Origin: Podarcis pityusensis
Lineage: Eukaryota
Direction: 5' to 3' (one strand)
DNA: 64,000 bases
Assembly (NCBI GenBank): GCA_964106645.2
Contig: OZ067038.1
Shown here: piece after piece, positions 1-12,258 of the stretch
How positions within the stretch are numbered: the first letter of the stretch is position 1
How the letters are laid out: every line of letters begins with the position of its first letter
Position numbers and translations under genes: made by a program
The notes under the pieces: generated by a model
The model's input: only the letters and a program-made list of their open reading frames with translations
Told to the model about the DNA's origin: nothing
Databases searched by the model: none

Positions 1-1
1 G

Positions 2-115
2 GTAAACTGCATTAACAAAAGAGTAGATGGGCTGATCAAACAGTGTACTGCTTACAAGGAACTTGCCTCAGAAAAACAGCACTTAACCACCTCCTTAGAC
101 AATTATCTCAAGAAG
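2..115 (+). CDS. CCDC141: CCDC141 internal coding exon (first in window; VNCINKRVDGLIKQCTAYKELASEKQHLTTSLDNYLKK)
   Basis: 114-nt open frame with helical composition; ends AAG|GTATAT; phase 0 into the exon at 3063. The acceptor is cut by the window edge (only the G at position 1 is visible). Confidence 0.8.
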
Positions 116-204
116 GTATATGAAAACATGCAACCCATTCTGATAAATATAACTGAATGATAAATAGAAATTGATGTCCAATTTTATTGGACAGTGTGAT
201 TTTT

Positions 205-705
205 CTTTCTTTTTTTTATAAGCTATTTATTGAGATTTTCAAAAATATTACAAAATAAAAATAAAAAAGAAGAAAATACAAAATAAAAATGGTTAAAAAC
301 AACTCAATCTTTCCATTACTTATTTTTCATTAGCTTGTTTCCCGGACCTCCTCACGCCTCCCTTTTTTGTATTCCAGTTCGGTTTGTTGGTTCAGCAAAT
401 CCTTACCCTCTTTGTTTATCCTAGTCTTTAATCTTAAAATATTGTAACGTTAAATTTTTACCTATTAATAATCCATTTTTCATATTCCCTTATAGTATTA
501 CAGCTGAAAACCACTTAATTTCTATCCAACATCATTCTAACATTCATTAATTTTACAGTATTTCTGTAGATAGTCTTTAAATTTCTTCCAATCTTCTTCC
601 ACTGACTCTTCTCCCTGGTCTCGGATTCTGCCAGTCATTTCCGCCAGTTCCATATAGTCCATCACCTTCATCTGCCATTCTTCCAGAGTGGGTAGATCTT
701 GTGTC
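205..705 (-). mobile_element. 5'-truncated L1-type LINE (ORF2 C-terminus, 3' UTR, A-rich tail) with 17-bp TSD
   Basis: The minus strand reads TQDLPTLEEWQMKVMDYMELAEMTGRIRDQGEESVEEDWKKFKDYLQKY. A poly-T tract lies on + at about 205-218. The direct repeat TGGACAGTGTGATTTTT flanks it at 188-204 and 706-722. Confidence 0.8.
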
Positions 706-754
706 TGGACAGTGTGATTTTTTGGGTAGATCCACTATATATTTTGGAAAGTTG

Positions 755-935
755 TATGTCTGCTTGGATGCCTCTTAAGGTACTGTAGCCGAATTTTGTA
801 TGATGGTTCCTAGGATCAAGGTTCAGGTTTTCACCTATGTTTGGATACAATTGGACACCATTTTGAATCAAGATGGTGGACTCCAACTTTAAAAAACTGC
901 ACTGATTTTAACCATTGATTTCAAAACTGCACCAG
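755..935. repeat. Unclassified interspersed repeat, with a second copy in the opposite orientation at about 12925-13100
   Basis: CCATTTTGAATCAAGATGGTGGAC here is the reverse complement of GTCCACCATCTTGATTCAAAATGG at about 12972; the similarity extends over about 170 bp. Confidence 0.65.
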
Positions 936-1223
936 TTTTTTGGTTTATAAGAATTCCTGAGGAATGCTACGTGCCGGGCTCCTAGTATATATACAAAACG
1001 GATTTAAATGCACAGTATATCTAAATATGTCACAAGATCTCACAAATTCCTGCAGGCAAACGTGTAAGAGAAATTGGGAGAGAGGTTCCTCATAGTGCTT
1101 CCCTCCAGATTTCTATCAGGTATTTCTCTCTTTCTCTCACTTCAGTCCAGGAAATGTCTGCACTCTCATTTATTTATTCTTTTAATTGGATTTTGTTATA
1201 TTCTGCTTTTTCGGATCACAAGC

Positions 1224-1257
<34 letters not shown>

Positions 1258-1570
1258 GCCTGTGAGCCGAAAAAGCAGAATATAAACAAAATCCAATTAA
1301 AAGAATAAATATGTATAATATTCCACTTTAAACACTGAAACCACAAAGGAAATTGATCCACGAGGAAAGATATTCAGAGTAGAGAAAGAAAAAAGAGGAG
1401 AATAGGTTGAAACATAATAATAAAAAAGAACACAGAAACGAGTACCGTAATTAAACATGGAGAATGCATTCAAAGCACATTTCACCACTCAAGGAATTCT
1501 GGGCACTGTAGTTTAAGGGTTGCTGGAAATTGTATCTCTGTGAGAGGTAAAATACAGTGCCCAGAATTCT

Positions 1571-1831
1571 TGGTGTGGTGTAGTGATTAAGAGCGGTAGA
1601 CTTGTAATCTGGTGAACCGGGTTTGCGTCTCCGCTCCTCCACATGCAGCTGCTGGGTGACCTTGGGCTAGTCACACTTCTCTGAAGTCTCTCAGCCCCAC
1701 TCACCTCACAGAGTGTTTGTTGTGGGGGAGAAAGGGAAAAGGAGAATGTTAGCCGCTTTGAGACTCCTTCAGGTAGTGATAAAGCGGGATATCAAATCCA
1801 AACTCTTTTTCTTCTTCTTCTTCTTCTTCTT
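1571..1831 (+). mobile_element. tRNA-derived CORE-type SINE (Squam3/MIR-like) with (TTC)n tail, inserted into a short palindromic MITE (about 1465-1875)
   Basis: tRNA-like head (TGGTGTAGTGATTAAGAGC...), CORE-like GGGTGACCTTGGGCTAGTCAC, L2-like 3' end and (TTC)n tail. The flanking MITE resembles copies at about 17490-17640 and 35815-35940. Confidence 0.7.
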
Positions 1832-3062
1832 TGAGGGAATGAATGGGAGTCATTTGTGCTTTAAAGGTAGGGTGTGTAAGTGGTCTGAGTCTCTCTCAAG
1901 CATAGTTGGTCTTCCATGACCAGCCTTGTTGGGGAGAAGACAGCTGCACTGAACACAGAGCCTGTTTCCCTTTCAAAGTCAGCTTCTATTGCCCTGCCAG
2001 GACTTCACACTCACTGTTATTGTAGAAACAACCTGAAGCCCTTCATTGAAAACAATTGTTTTATACCGAATTAATTATGCAGGTTGTGTTTCATTTAGGC
2101 AGAGTACCACTTAATACCTGTCTCACAAATGGTTAAAAAAAAAGATGCTTTTGATCATTGTTGTAAAAAACAGACATTCACAAAATTGGGGAATGCTTTC
2201 TGAAATTTAAGATATAATGAATGCTTCTTGCTTCTATGGGGAATTTGACTACCCTTTATAACCATAATAGGTGTTTTCTAGTACAGTTCTCTACTAACAT
2301 AGAGCACTATGAAATATTTGCTGCATGCTAAAATCAACCCTGGCATTTGGTAGACACAGCTTAATCCAATTTAGATGCTTCTAAAAATGTGCAACAGGAA
2401 TGAATCCTCATAATTGCTATATATACAATATAATTCTATATGCTAAGCCATCATGGCTATTTTTTCCATTCATGCTGTCACAAATGTAAATTTATGTGCA
2501 TGATGCGCAATTACGTCCACAAGCCATAAGGCCAAAGACTCAAAAACGTACTCAGTTTAAAAATGAAGACAGTGTTCTTATGGAGAGAAGAGAGTTTGTG
2601 AAATTAGTTATCCAGGCTACTTTTTGCTTCTTGGCTTAAGAAACAGTAACTGATATGTGTTTGAATTGTAATGCTGGAAATGTAGTTAGAGGTTAGGCAT
2701 TTCAGTATATATGTCTTTGTGGTCTTAATCGTGCACATGCAAAATCTCTGTCCCACAAAAAGGAACAGTTGAACATGCCTTCATTTTTAACTATATGGTG
2801 TCATTTTTACTAACTCAAATATATGTGGTGACACATGGCACACTCTCTCAAAGAATCGTGCCATTTTACAATGCATGTGGGAGAATCACTTATATGAAAG
2901 CCCTCCCCTATCAAAACCTCTCTACCTGTGGAATGCTTATACCTACATCACAGTGAAGACTTCTCATCCATAATTATGCCATTATGTCCAAAACAAGCCT
3001 TGGTGGCATGCAAATTTAGTAGTTCAATGTTTTTAACTAGTTATTTTTATTCAAAACCAAAG

Positions 3063-3182
3063 GCCTCTACAAAGATTAAGAATGTTGGTCCAATAGTCTC
3101 AGCTGCAATAAATCCTGGATCATCTGTCCCTGAATCAGAGAAAGTCCTGAACAAATACTTAGAGCTGGCAAATCAAACTAAG
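3063..3182 (+). CDS. CCDC141: CCDC141 coding exon (ASTKIKNVGP...LELANQTK)
   Basis: AAG|GCC acceptor, AAG|GTAAAA donor, 120 nt, phase 0/0, open. Confidence 0.85.
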
Positions 3183-3946
3183 GTAAAATACTTTTTTTAC
3201 ACTATATATTTTTTAAAAAAACCTGTGTTGAGCCATATGTTATTACTGTGCAAATTTCCCCAGGTACTTCAGGAATGGCTTGCTTTTCTACACCAGTCCT
3301 GCACACCAGTGAAGAATCTTGCAATGAACAGAGTCCCATTACGCCAGGGATAAGGAATTTGTGGTCCTCTAGAAGCTGCCTGATTACAACTCCCATTATC
3401 CCTGCTGGCTGCGATGAAAGTTGTAATCATAGAGTTGGAAGGGTCATCTATCCCAACCCCCTGCAATGCAAGAAATGTTTTAGCAGGACTGATTTTTAAA
3501 TTGCTTTTTTATGGTTGCTTAGAGACATGGTGCTGGAAGAATTAATATTAAGCACATTTCATATTATTTTTCAATACTGTAATATTGTACTTTAATTTTT
3601 GCTTTTTATTTAAATCTGCCATCACAACTCCCACCCACTCAAACCTACTACAGACCTTGGTGACATATCCCATAATGCTTAAGGCACCCTCAGGAAGTGC
3701 TGTGGTAGACATAGGAAATCTGGGCGGGGAGAGGGGAATGGTTATCCCACTCCGCACAAGCAGAAACACTTTTCGCCAACGCTAATATCCTAAAATCGTT
3801 TGTGCGGAGGGAGTTGTTTTGGTTTTTTTGACCTGAGGGTGGGGGGTACAGATGAGTTGCAAATCTTCAAGGAGTGGCCCAGTTTTAGGTAGGCCAATTC
3901 AAATGTTCACATTACACGTTATGTTTCTCTGTTTATGCTGCCGTAG

Positions 3947-4138
3947 GAGATGGCAACTGAACTGGAATTAGCTGTGAGAATTTTTAAAGAGATGGAAGAA
4001 CTGGAAACCACGGAAGTGGCCGTTTTCTCTAACAAAACTGACCTCCTGAATGAAGAACTGACAACACTTAACAGAAATATTAGCTCAAAACTGGAAATCC
4101 TGAAGCCGTATGTAGAATTTTTGAAGTCATCCGATGAG
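3947..4138 (+). CDS. CCDC141: CCDC141 coding exon (EMATELELAVRI...LKPYVEFLKSSDE)
   Basis: TAG|GAG acceptor, GAG|GTACTT donor, 192 nt, spectrin-repeat-like helix. Confidence 0.9.
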
Positions 4139-4461
4139 GTACTTTCCCCCTCCACTTGAGAGTCATATTCCCTCGGGGTAATCTGTCAGGGGCTGCATGC
4201 CATTGGTGAATGGGGCTGAAGTCAGTGGAAGCCAGCAGTGGGTGGGGCCACAGCCCAAAGTAGATGCTTTTCTTTCTCTCATTCTTACTTTCTGCCACCC
4301 TCCCTCCTTGTTACCCACATAAAATTAGACAGAGGTTCACAGGTTGCCCACACTTGTGTAGGTGGTATGGAGCCAGATGGACCAATGTTGTTTAGAATGT
4401 AATGCAATAAACTACAAGCTCCCCAAGTACCTATGAGATGGTTATCTGAGTATTGAAGGGG

Positions 4462-4807
4462 CATAGTAACCAACTCCTGGGGGCCAAGGGGGTCTTCAGC
4501 ACACCCAATAAAATATGCCCCAGTTGATGGGCATTGCCATACAAATGGTGTGTGCGCACCACGTCATGTGATTGGTTATGCGGGGCAGGGCTTGCCGCCA
4601 CCCCCCCCCCCAATATTTTACAGTCGTACCTCGGAAGTCGGAACGCCTTGTCAAATGTTTTGGTTCCTGAATGCCACAAACCTGGAAGTGAGTGTTCCAG
4701 TTTGAGAACGTTCTTTGGAACCCGAATGTCTGGCGTGGGTTCTGTGGCTTCCGATTGGCTGCAGGAGCTTCCTGCAGCCAATCAGAAGCCGCGCCTTGGC
4801 ATCCCTG
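4462..4807. mobile_element. hAT-like MITE (copies at 34399-34586 and 41405-41575) interrupted by a one-ended Tc1/mariner-type fragment (4621-4795)
   Basis: All three copies share the core GATGGGCATTGCCA..CAAATGGTGTG..CACC..GTCATGTGAT. The 41405 copy is flanked by CATAGTGG/CATAGGGG. The inner fragment starts TA|CAGTCGTACCTC. Confidence 0.6.
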
Positions 4808-6066
4808 GTAGGGGGAATTAATTATTGCAGTGGTTTTGTTCTAAGACTATATTTGGTCTGAGTCTAAGATTTGACAAAAGTCTCTTGAAGGACCAGAATG
4901 ACTGGCAGATGTTACTTTAGTACTCAGCGAATGTATCTGTCTAGGAACTGGCTTTTAGAATATGGTTTCTTGATTCAGAGATCTGTGGAACTATTTGAAT
5001 GTGAAAGCTATGAGAAGGTGATTCCCTGATTTGAGAGGAGCGTGTATGTGATTGAGTGTGAAAACTACCAAAATAAACAACACTTTGAGAGCATGAGAGA
5101 AACAGGAAAACAGAATGATACAGAGGGTACTTTCAAACAGTCTCTGTTTTCAAGGTGGGATTCAATCGCATTCTGGCAAATTCAGGTTTCACAATCCTTG
5201 AGAGGTCTTGGACAACAAGCCCACTTTCTTAAAAGATCAAACTTTTTGCAATAAGATGAGTGATGGGGGAATACACTGGAGAAAGCCATCATGTAACCTA
5301 CCTGCAAAAATTAATAATAATTAGGATGAGTGATAAATAAGTAGGTCATCTGGAAACACCCAGAGACAGAGAGCTGAATCCTGAAAGCATGGTGGGACAT
5401 GGCAGGTACACATCTCTAGAAATATGATTGCAGTTAGAAGGTCTGCTGCCTCCACTAGGCCACCAGCAGTGTAAAAGCCTTCACCGACAATGACGCCCCA
5501 CTTGGTGTGTAAGTAAATCAGATATTACAAAAACACTCAGCATTGCTAGTGATGAGGCCTCCACCAAAGGGAGCCATACCCTAGTAAATGCTGCCCCTGA
5601 GACTTCTGATGGCACAGAGAATTGGAGAGTGCACAGTAAGCTCATTTAAAGGATCATCAGCCCTCGCAGGAAATAATTATATAGTGGCTGTTTAAAAAGC
5701 GAGGGCTGATGATCCCATGATGCACTTGGGCAAAGTCCCTTTAAATGGAATAAAACTATCTCAGAAGAGACTATGAAGTGCCCAGAGTTTTACAAAGATA
5801 AATCCCCACCTGTTCCCAGTTTTCTGAAGTTTGGAGTTGTGAAACTGGGGAAAAATTGAAACGGCATCCCTTTCCATTTGAACTAACTAAGGATGAAATT
5901 AATTTGAAAAAGAACAACAAATAGTGAGTTCTTGAACAATTGCTTTATTTGCTTTCCGTTGACTTCAGTGAAGGGATTCAAGGATTATACAGGCCAGAGT
6001 TAATCACAGAGAAACTCCAACGTAAATGTAGAGGTTACCTACACTTGCTTATTTCTACCCCTTTAG

Positions 6067-6243
6067 GTCGGAGGTGATGCTCAGAGGCTGAAGGAATTCT
6101 ATATAACGGAGGCCGTGCAAGAAGATAGTGAAGCTAAAAATGAGGCTTTGCTACAGTCAGCTGATGACCAGTGGCAGATGGTTTTAAAGAAGATTCTTTC
6201 CACTCAAGACATGGGACATGACTTTCTAAATTTAGTAAACATG
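6067..6243 (+). CDS. CCDC141: CCDC141 coding exon (VGGDAQRLKEFY...DFLNLVNM)
   Basis: TTTAG|GTC acceptor, ATG|GTGAGT donor, 177 nt, phase 0/0. Confidence 0.9.
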
Positions 6244-6941
6244 GTGAGTCTCTCAGCTATGCTTTATTTGCTGACTCCAGCATTGACCGCCATTAAAAAT
6301 CTTGGCACCATTTCCCCCAAAATATTTCCAAACATAAATATATTGAAAATAGTTGGGAAGGATCAGGGAAACATGGAACCATTTCTCAAAAGACAGCTCA
6401 GTGGTACAGGATAAAACGTCCCAGGTATCTCCAGATACAGCTGGCAATCACCGTAGACAATGGGCTAGATGGACTAATAGACAAAAGCAAGGAAGCCATC
6501 TGAGTATCACAAGTATGTGGGCCAGCATCAATGTACAGTGAACTAACCTTACAATTGAGAAATCACATACACAAGTAAGAACTCAAGGAAGGGAAGCTTA
6601 GAAGAGAGATTTTTTGCTTATTTATCCAACATCAAAGAGAAGTATGATGAAATGTCAAAAAGAAAAAATAAGCTAGTTAGGTTAGGGATAAGGCTGGCAT
6701 CATAGACTGCATGGGCTTTGTTTCCATGTGCAATAAAATATTATGGAAGAGAGAGGGTTCAGATTTCTCTTCCTTTTCTATACCACAAAGTGGGAGTTCT
6801 TGGTATCTTAAAAGTGGAGGCTGAAGGAAATTTTGGCTTTTTCTTGGCTCTTACTATTATGGGGATTTGGAAGTATCAAAAATTAGATTCCACCCCTCTC
6901 AGAAAAAAAATATTGAAGTTTCTTAATTCTTCATTTAACAG

Positions 6942-7121
6942 ATAAATGAGAATCTAATACTCAATGTGGGAAGTGTTGTGCAAGTAACTGAACATACTAT
7001 TGATATTCTGAACAAAGAGAAGGAAGAATTGACACAGCTGTGGGCAACGTGGAAACTTAATATGAATCAAGTGAAATCCATCAAGCAGCAGTGTGGGAAA
7101 TTTAATGAACAATTTAAAACA
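6942..7121 (+). CDS. CCDC141: CCDC141 coding exon (INENLILNVG...KFNEQFKT)
   Basis: AACAG|ATA acceptor, ACA|GTAAGT donor, 180 nt. Confidence 0.9.
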
Positions 7122-7693
7122 GTAAGTGAAGAATATGTGGTTGTTCCTGACTTTCTGCTTGAGGTTTTTATGGTGTCTTACGGTCTACCAGTTATTTTGA
7201 TTTTGTCTAAGCTGATCAGAGAAACATTTAACAGGCCCCGAATCAAAATCAATACTTGTCACGAGCAAGAAATATCCTGAACGAGCAAAGCATATTCAGG
7301 AGGCTAATAAACTACAGTAGTTGAACTTTTAAAACAATCCCTCTTTATTCCTAATGGCAGTACATTTTTTTATTGTATTAGGTATTTAAAAATGTATAGG
7401 CTGCTTAATCAGAAAACTCTCTAAGAGATGCTCATAACAAAAACAGCAAGATCATTTTCAATAAACTCCACATAAAATTAGCATATCTTATTCTTTGTTT
7501 TAAAAATGTGCGCACATGTGTCTAGAATTGCTGAAATAAATAAGTTTTCTAAATGTGTTTAGAACAATATAGAGGTTGCCTGCCAAAGCAAGTAAATAAA
7601 GTAGACAAGGCGTTCCAAAGCATAGGTGCCGCCACACCAAAATAATGACTTCTTATAGATTTGGAAATGGGATCCTCCTTAATGAGGGTCCTA

Positions 7694-8669
7694 GTTGTGC
7701 ACGGGCCCCTAAGCCACTCCCACTGGGAGAGCTGTTGCCAGGCGTGGCCCAAGCCTTCACCGTTGGGCCCCGGGATCCCGCCAGGCTGTTTGGGCCAATC
7801 GGGGCAGTTGGCGCAATTCCTGGGGCCTATAAAAGCGGCAGCGCGACGTAACTGGGGGTACTGGCTTCGCGCTGCCAAACACCCTCCCTAATTTTAGGTG
7901 CTGCTGCTTTGGTCTTGCTTTGGATTGGGTTGCTTGCTTTGGAGCAGGGGCTGGGTAGGAATTTTTCCATTTGGCAGATTGGATGTAGCCACTTGGTTTT
8001 CGCCTACCCCCTTAGCAATCGTCACAACTTTGTAAGGTTTGGCGGTTAGGTATTGGCTTATTGAAGTGTGTGGGAGGGGAGGTGCGGCCATCACCTGCCC
8101 CCCCATGAATAAGGGTATTCCGGAAAAGGAATCTGGGGGTCCTGGATCTCGTCCGAAGTCCGCCTGAGGGGCTAGGGCCATGCCAGGACCACAGGAACCC
8201 CAGGGTGAGCTTTGTTGGTCTTCATCGATGTTGCTCCCTCATTTGGTGTTTACCCTTTCAGACTTCCAGACAGAGAGAGAGGAGTCAGTTATAGTCTGTT
8301 GCCAATGCTTAAGCCAACACCGCTCACTTTGCTGTAATCAATGAAGTTGTGGCCTAAATTTTGCCCAATACAGCGGTACCTCAGGTTACATACGCTTCAG
8401 GTTACAGACTCCGCTAACCCAGAAATAGTGCTTCAGGTTAAGAACTTTGCTTCAGGATGAGAACAGAAATCGTGCTCCGGCGGCGCAGCAGCAGCAGGAG
8501 GCCCCATTAGCTAAAGTGGTGCTTCAGGTTAAGAACAGTTTCAGGTTAAGTACGGACCTCCAGAACGAATTAAGTACTTAACCTGAGGTACCACTGTAAC
8601 TTAAACTAAAATTACGTGTCAGTGTAAAGTTATTTTCAGGGGAAGGGCTTGGGGGCCTCAGGACGCAAC
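7694..8669 (+). mobile_element. GC-rich LTR/DIRS-like element with imperfect inverted ends, carrying a nested Tc1/mariner MITE; related copy on - at about 32330-32800
   Basis: Ends GTTGTGCACGGGCCCCTAAGCC and GGCTTGGGGGCCTCAGGACGCAAC are imperfect inverted repeats. TATA-like CCTATAAAAG at about 7827. CTGTAATCAATGAAGTTGTGGC matches the reverse complement of GCCACAACTTTTATTGATTACAG at about 32348. The family assignment is inference. Confidence 0.5.
8371..8596. mobile_element. Tc1/mariner-type MITE with TA TSD
   Basis: TA|CAGCGGTACCTCAGGTTA...TAACCTGAGGTACCACTG|TA, with internal CAGGTTA repeats. Copies at 29087-29301 and 42185-42409. Confidence 0.85.
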
Positions 8670-9053
8670 TGAACATTTTATGGCACTTTGCAAGTGTGGG
8701 TTCCTCAGATAGAAGTGGTTGAATGGGCACCCTTCATCAAGAGACCACAAAGCAGTTTACAGCATAAAACACAAAATACATAATATGTTTCCAAACATAT
8801 ATATATGAAAAACAGTTGGGCAGGAGCAGCGAAACATGGAACAATTTTATTTAAAAACAGCTCAGTGGTAAAGCACTTGCTGTGCACACAATATTGCATT
8901 TATATGAGTGTGTTCTTTTAAGATGTGTAGGTTTTCATTCACTGCTCCAGTACTGTATACTATAGAGATTTATTTTGCATTTTTGCAAAAACAACCTGAT
9001 CCTTTTCTTACTTCAACAGCATGTATTACCATATCTGTATTTATTTATTGTAG

Positions 9054-9179
9054 ACTACCCAAAGCTTAAACATTCTTCAAGAGGCACTCAAGTCTACAAC
9101 AGCACTTGATCTTGGGAGTAACCTCTCAGTACTTATAGAACTGCAGAATAAATTTAACCATATGAAGCCACGGTTTCAG
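9054..9179 (+). CDS. CCDC141: CCDC141 coding exon (TTQSLNILQEAL...HMKPRFQ)
   Basis: TGTAG|ACT acceptor, CAG|GTGAGA donor, 126 nt. Confidence 0.88.
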
Positions 9180-10228
9180 GTGAGAAGAGAAATTAAGCAC
9201 TTCATGCCGTATGTGAAACAAATCATTTCTAAGTGCTTGCTCCTAGAAGTACCTAAAGCAAACTTTTCACTCCATGTTAAATTCAGCAGAAATGCTGTGC
9301 TTAATAATTTTGTGACAGAGAGAACTTCACATTTTTGGTATTGTGGATGGGTGCACAGGTATAAGTTTATGAAACTGTTTTGCACGAAGTTGAAATATGT
9401 GTCAGTTTATTTTATTATTATTATTATTATTATTACTGAAACAGTTATCTAGAAGCTGTTTATAAAGTTTGTATTGAACATAGCATTTTGAGTGAAATGA
9501 AGTGGGGGGAAATTAGCTTAAGAGGCAGAAAGGTCACGAAACCACTCCCCAGTTATATTTTGCATGCTTCAAAAAACAAAACAAAAAACAACAAAAACAG
9601 AAATAAAAATCTGAGACTAAAAATTTTTCAGGAGGGATTTAAACCTGAGCAGGCGTCTTCCAGCTTCTGGTTTTCCCTTTCTGCCTAAGCCCTAAGACAG
9701 GTGCCAGACAATCCACCTCATTCTGCCATAATCTGCTTTATATAGAGAATAGATGAGAAGTTAGGGATGCTTGAGATATTTTTCTGAGAATTCTGATCTG
9801 AAATGTCTTGCTACACACACCCTGGATTAATGTGCAGATCAGAAGTTAGTTGCCCACTTGGATTTCACATCTAAGCTAAAACAAATTTGTATAAAACCAT
9901 GTATATGGAGAGAAAATTCATTTAGAAAATACATATTCAAATCTGGATGTCGATGCAAATTTCCATGCAGATTGGTGTATTGTTTTGTTTTGTAAATCAG
10001 AGATTAATGCAGATGCATGATATTACAGTCTTATGAATGAGCACATACAAAAGGAGAAATGGACTGATTTCTCCATTGCTACTGAGAGGACAAATTTAAT
10101 CTTGAATTAAAAGTCCTTCTTTTGAATGTGCCCATCTTTCAGACCAATGGGATACAACAAGTAATCAACTCCCGGTTTAACATGAATGCAAAAGGTGGCG
10201 CAGAATTTAGGATACTCAGATCTTAATC

Positions 10229-10364
10229 CAGGCATAGGCAAACTTGGCCCTCTGGATGTTTTGGGACTACAGTCCCCATCATCCCTGACCACTGGTCCTG
10301 TTAGCTAGGGATGATGGGAGTTGTAGTCCCAAAACATCTGGCGGGCCAAGTTTGCCTATGCCTG
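10229..10364. mobile_element. Palindromic hAT-type MITE (copy at 29312-29446; degraded copies at about 37229-37368 and 60000-60140)
   Basis: CAGGCATAGGCAAACT...AGTTTGCCTATGCCTG terminal inverted repeats; the element is almost entirely self-complementary. Confidence 0.8.
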
Positions 10365-10525
10365 TTAGCTTTGGAAATGGGGGGGGGGGATTCACAAGCT
10401 AGGTGTGAACTCCACATTCAGAAAAGGAGGAAGAAGAAATGGCTTGAAGTCAACAGTGATTTGCTTGGATTATATATGTGTTTCCCTTTTAAGTTTCAAT
10501 AATCTTCTTGCATCTGATTTGTTAG

Positions 10526-10714
10526 CAACTCAATGCTGAGGTGGAATACACATTAAAGTTATCAGAGCAGCTGAGCTTGAAAGGCGTGCCTGACATGGAA
10601 AAATCTGAGAAAGTAAGCGAGCTTATTCATCTCCATAAGGAGATAAAGGAAAAGATGGCAGAATATGATGACATTTTCAACAAGACTATCAAATTCCATC
10701 ATGTCAAAGAGGAA
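10526..10714 (+). CDS. CCDC141: CCDC141 coding exon (QLNAEVEYTLKLSEQL...KFHHVKEE)
   Basis: GTTAG|CAA acceptor, GAA|GTGAGT donor, 189 nt. Confidence 0.9.
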
Positions 10715-10979
10715 GTGAGTATAGTCACCTTTAACCTGGCAAGAATTTATTTAACCTCAGAAATTCTCTTGCATGTGTATTCTGTGTCCCATAAATGAAC
10801 ACATTAAACGAAGCACCTATGACTATATAATAACCATACTAAAGCATACACCAGCTCCTAACTCTGGATTCAGATCCAAATTTGTGTATGTCTTGAGCCT
10901 AGACATAATGGCATGTGACTGTAAAGTGGAGGGACAGAAGAATGGTTGTTAACGAAAGATAATACGTTAATCTCCTCAG

Positions 10980-11159
10980 CTTGAAGGCCTCATAAAATCA
11001 GGAGGACTGAAGATCCCTGAAGCGAAAGATGTGCCCAGCGACACTCCACATGCTAAGATTCACTTGAATAATGCTCAGGAGAAGCACGCACATATCAGAC
11101 ACCTGTACAAATTGGCGCTCTCTCTTGGAATGGATATAATTTCAGCAGTGCAACATCCT
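10980..11159 (+). CDS. CCDC141: CCDC141 coding exon (LEGLIKSGG...DIISAVQHP)
   Basis: CTCAG|CTT acceptor, CCT|GTAAGT donor, 180 nt, open. Confidence 0.88.
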
Positions 11160-12108
11160 GTAAGTCAACAGAACGGCCCTAGTGGTGGAAGAAAGCAGGG
11201 ATAATAACGGGACACGGTGCTTCCTTTTCTCCATTACTTCTGGGTTGGGCTGTTTACAACAGATTTAGAAGGATACCAGAGATTGAACCTGACAATTGCC
11301 TATTTTCCCATATTGTTTAATATGACAATTTCTATGACTGAGCTAGGCTATTTACGAGTTAATCCAAAGGCAACATCCAAATCCCTTCAGGCTGAGAGAT
11401 TAAATGCCAGGATCGCTCAGCAAGCATCACATAATTGTATATTCTTCTATTACTTCCTCAGCATTCAAGAAGGGCTAATGTAGAACTAGACTCAGGCATT
11501 TAAACCAAATAAGCATGTTTCTATTGTACATCAATGTGCAGTTTGATAGAGGGCCTAATATAAAGAGTACACAATGGTAACAACACAATAAAAATAACAA
11601 AATGATAGATTATAATTTGTTTCAAAGACCCAGTGCTCAGTTGCTCCTCTGCATTCAGTATTAGCAATGAGGCATGTTTTCTTTGTCCAGAGGGATTCTC
11701 TGTCTGTATCTTCCATGACGTAGCCACACGATTCACTCCTATCCCTCAAAGCGGTGCCACACAAAAAAAGAAGATACTGTAGCAGGTTCAGAATACAAAA
11801 ATCAGACAGTTAACTAGAACAATCTGGTGGGAATATATTTCCCCAAGTTTATGCCAATGTCAAGCTTCACGCCTTTTTTAGGCAGATGCAGAACTGAACT
11901 GAACCCCATATTTTCAAATCTTGCCAGAATGTTACCACATCAACCTCTTGGAAGAACATAATCTTACTGTAAAATATGTTAATTTTGAATTGAAGGGTTT
12001 ATTTAAAATAAAAAACAATAACAAAACCGAAGTAACAAATAGCGTTGCAGGTCAGTTTGCTGCCCCTGATGCCAACTTTTTCAGCCTGATTTCTGCATCT
12101 CATTCTAG

Positions 12109-12258
12109 AATTCCTTTAATGTTTCTGTAAAGAACCTGCAGCAGCAGCTCAACATCCTTGAGTCTGACAGCGTGAACTGGGATTCCAAAGCCGAAAAGTA
12201 TGAGGAAGATTTGTCGCACATCCTCCACTTCTGCACCACAAAAGACAAGATACGTGAG
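12109..12258 (+). CDS. CCDC141: CCDC141 coding exon (NSFNVSVKNLQQQL...KDKIRE)
   Basis: TCTAG|AAT acceptor, GAG|GTCTGG donor, 150 nt. Confidence 0.88.

Noticed and set aside
7549-8181. GC-rich ORF cluster suggesting a nested gene or CpG island
   Set aside because: It falls inside a repeat with a second copy at about 32.3-32.8 kb, and the peptides show no recognisable domain.
8371-8596. Regularly spaced CAGGTTA repeats that look CRISPR-like
   Set aside because: These are internal repeats of a Tc1/mariner MITE with TIRs and TA TSD, present three times, in a eukaryotic context with no cas genes.
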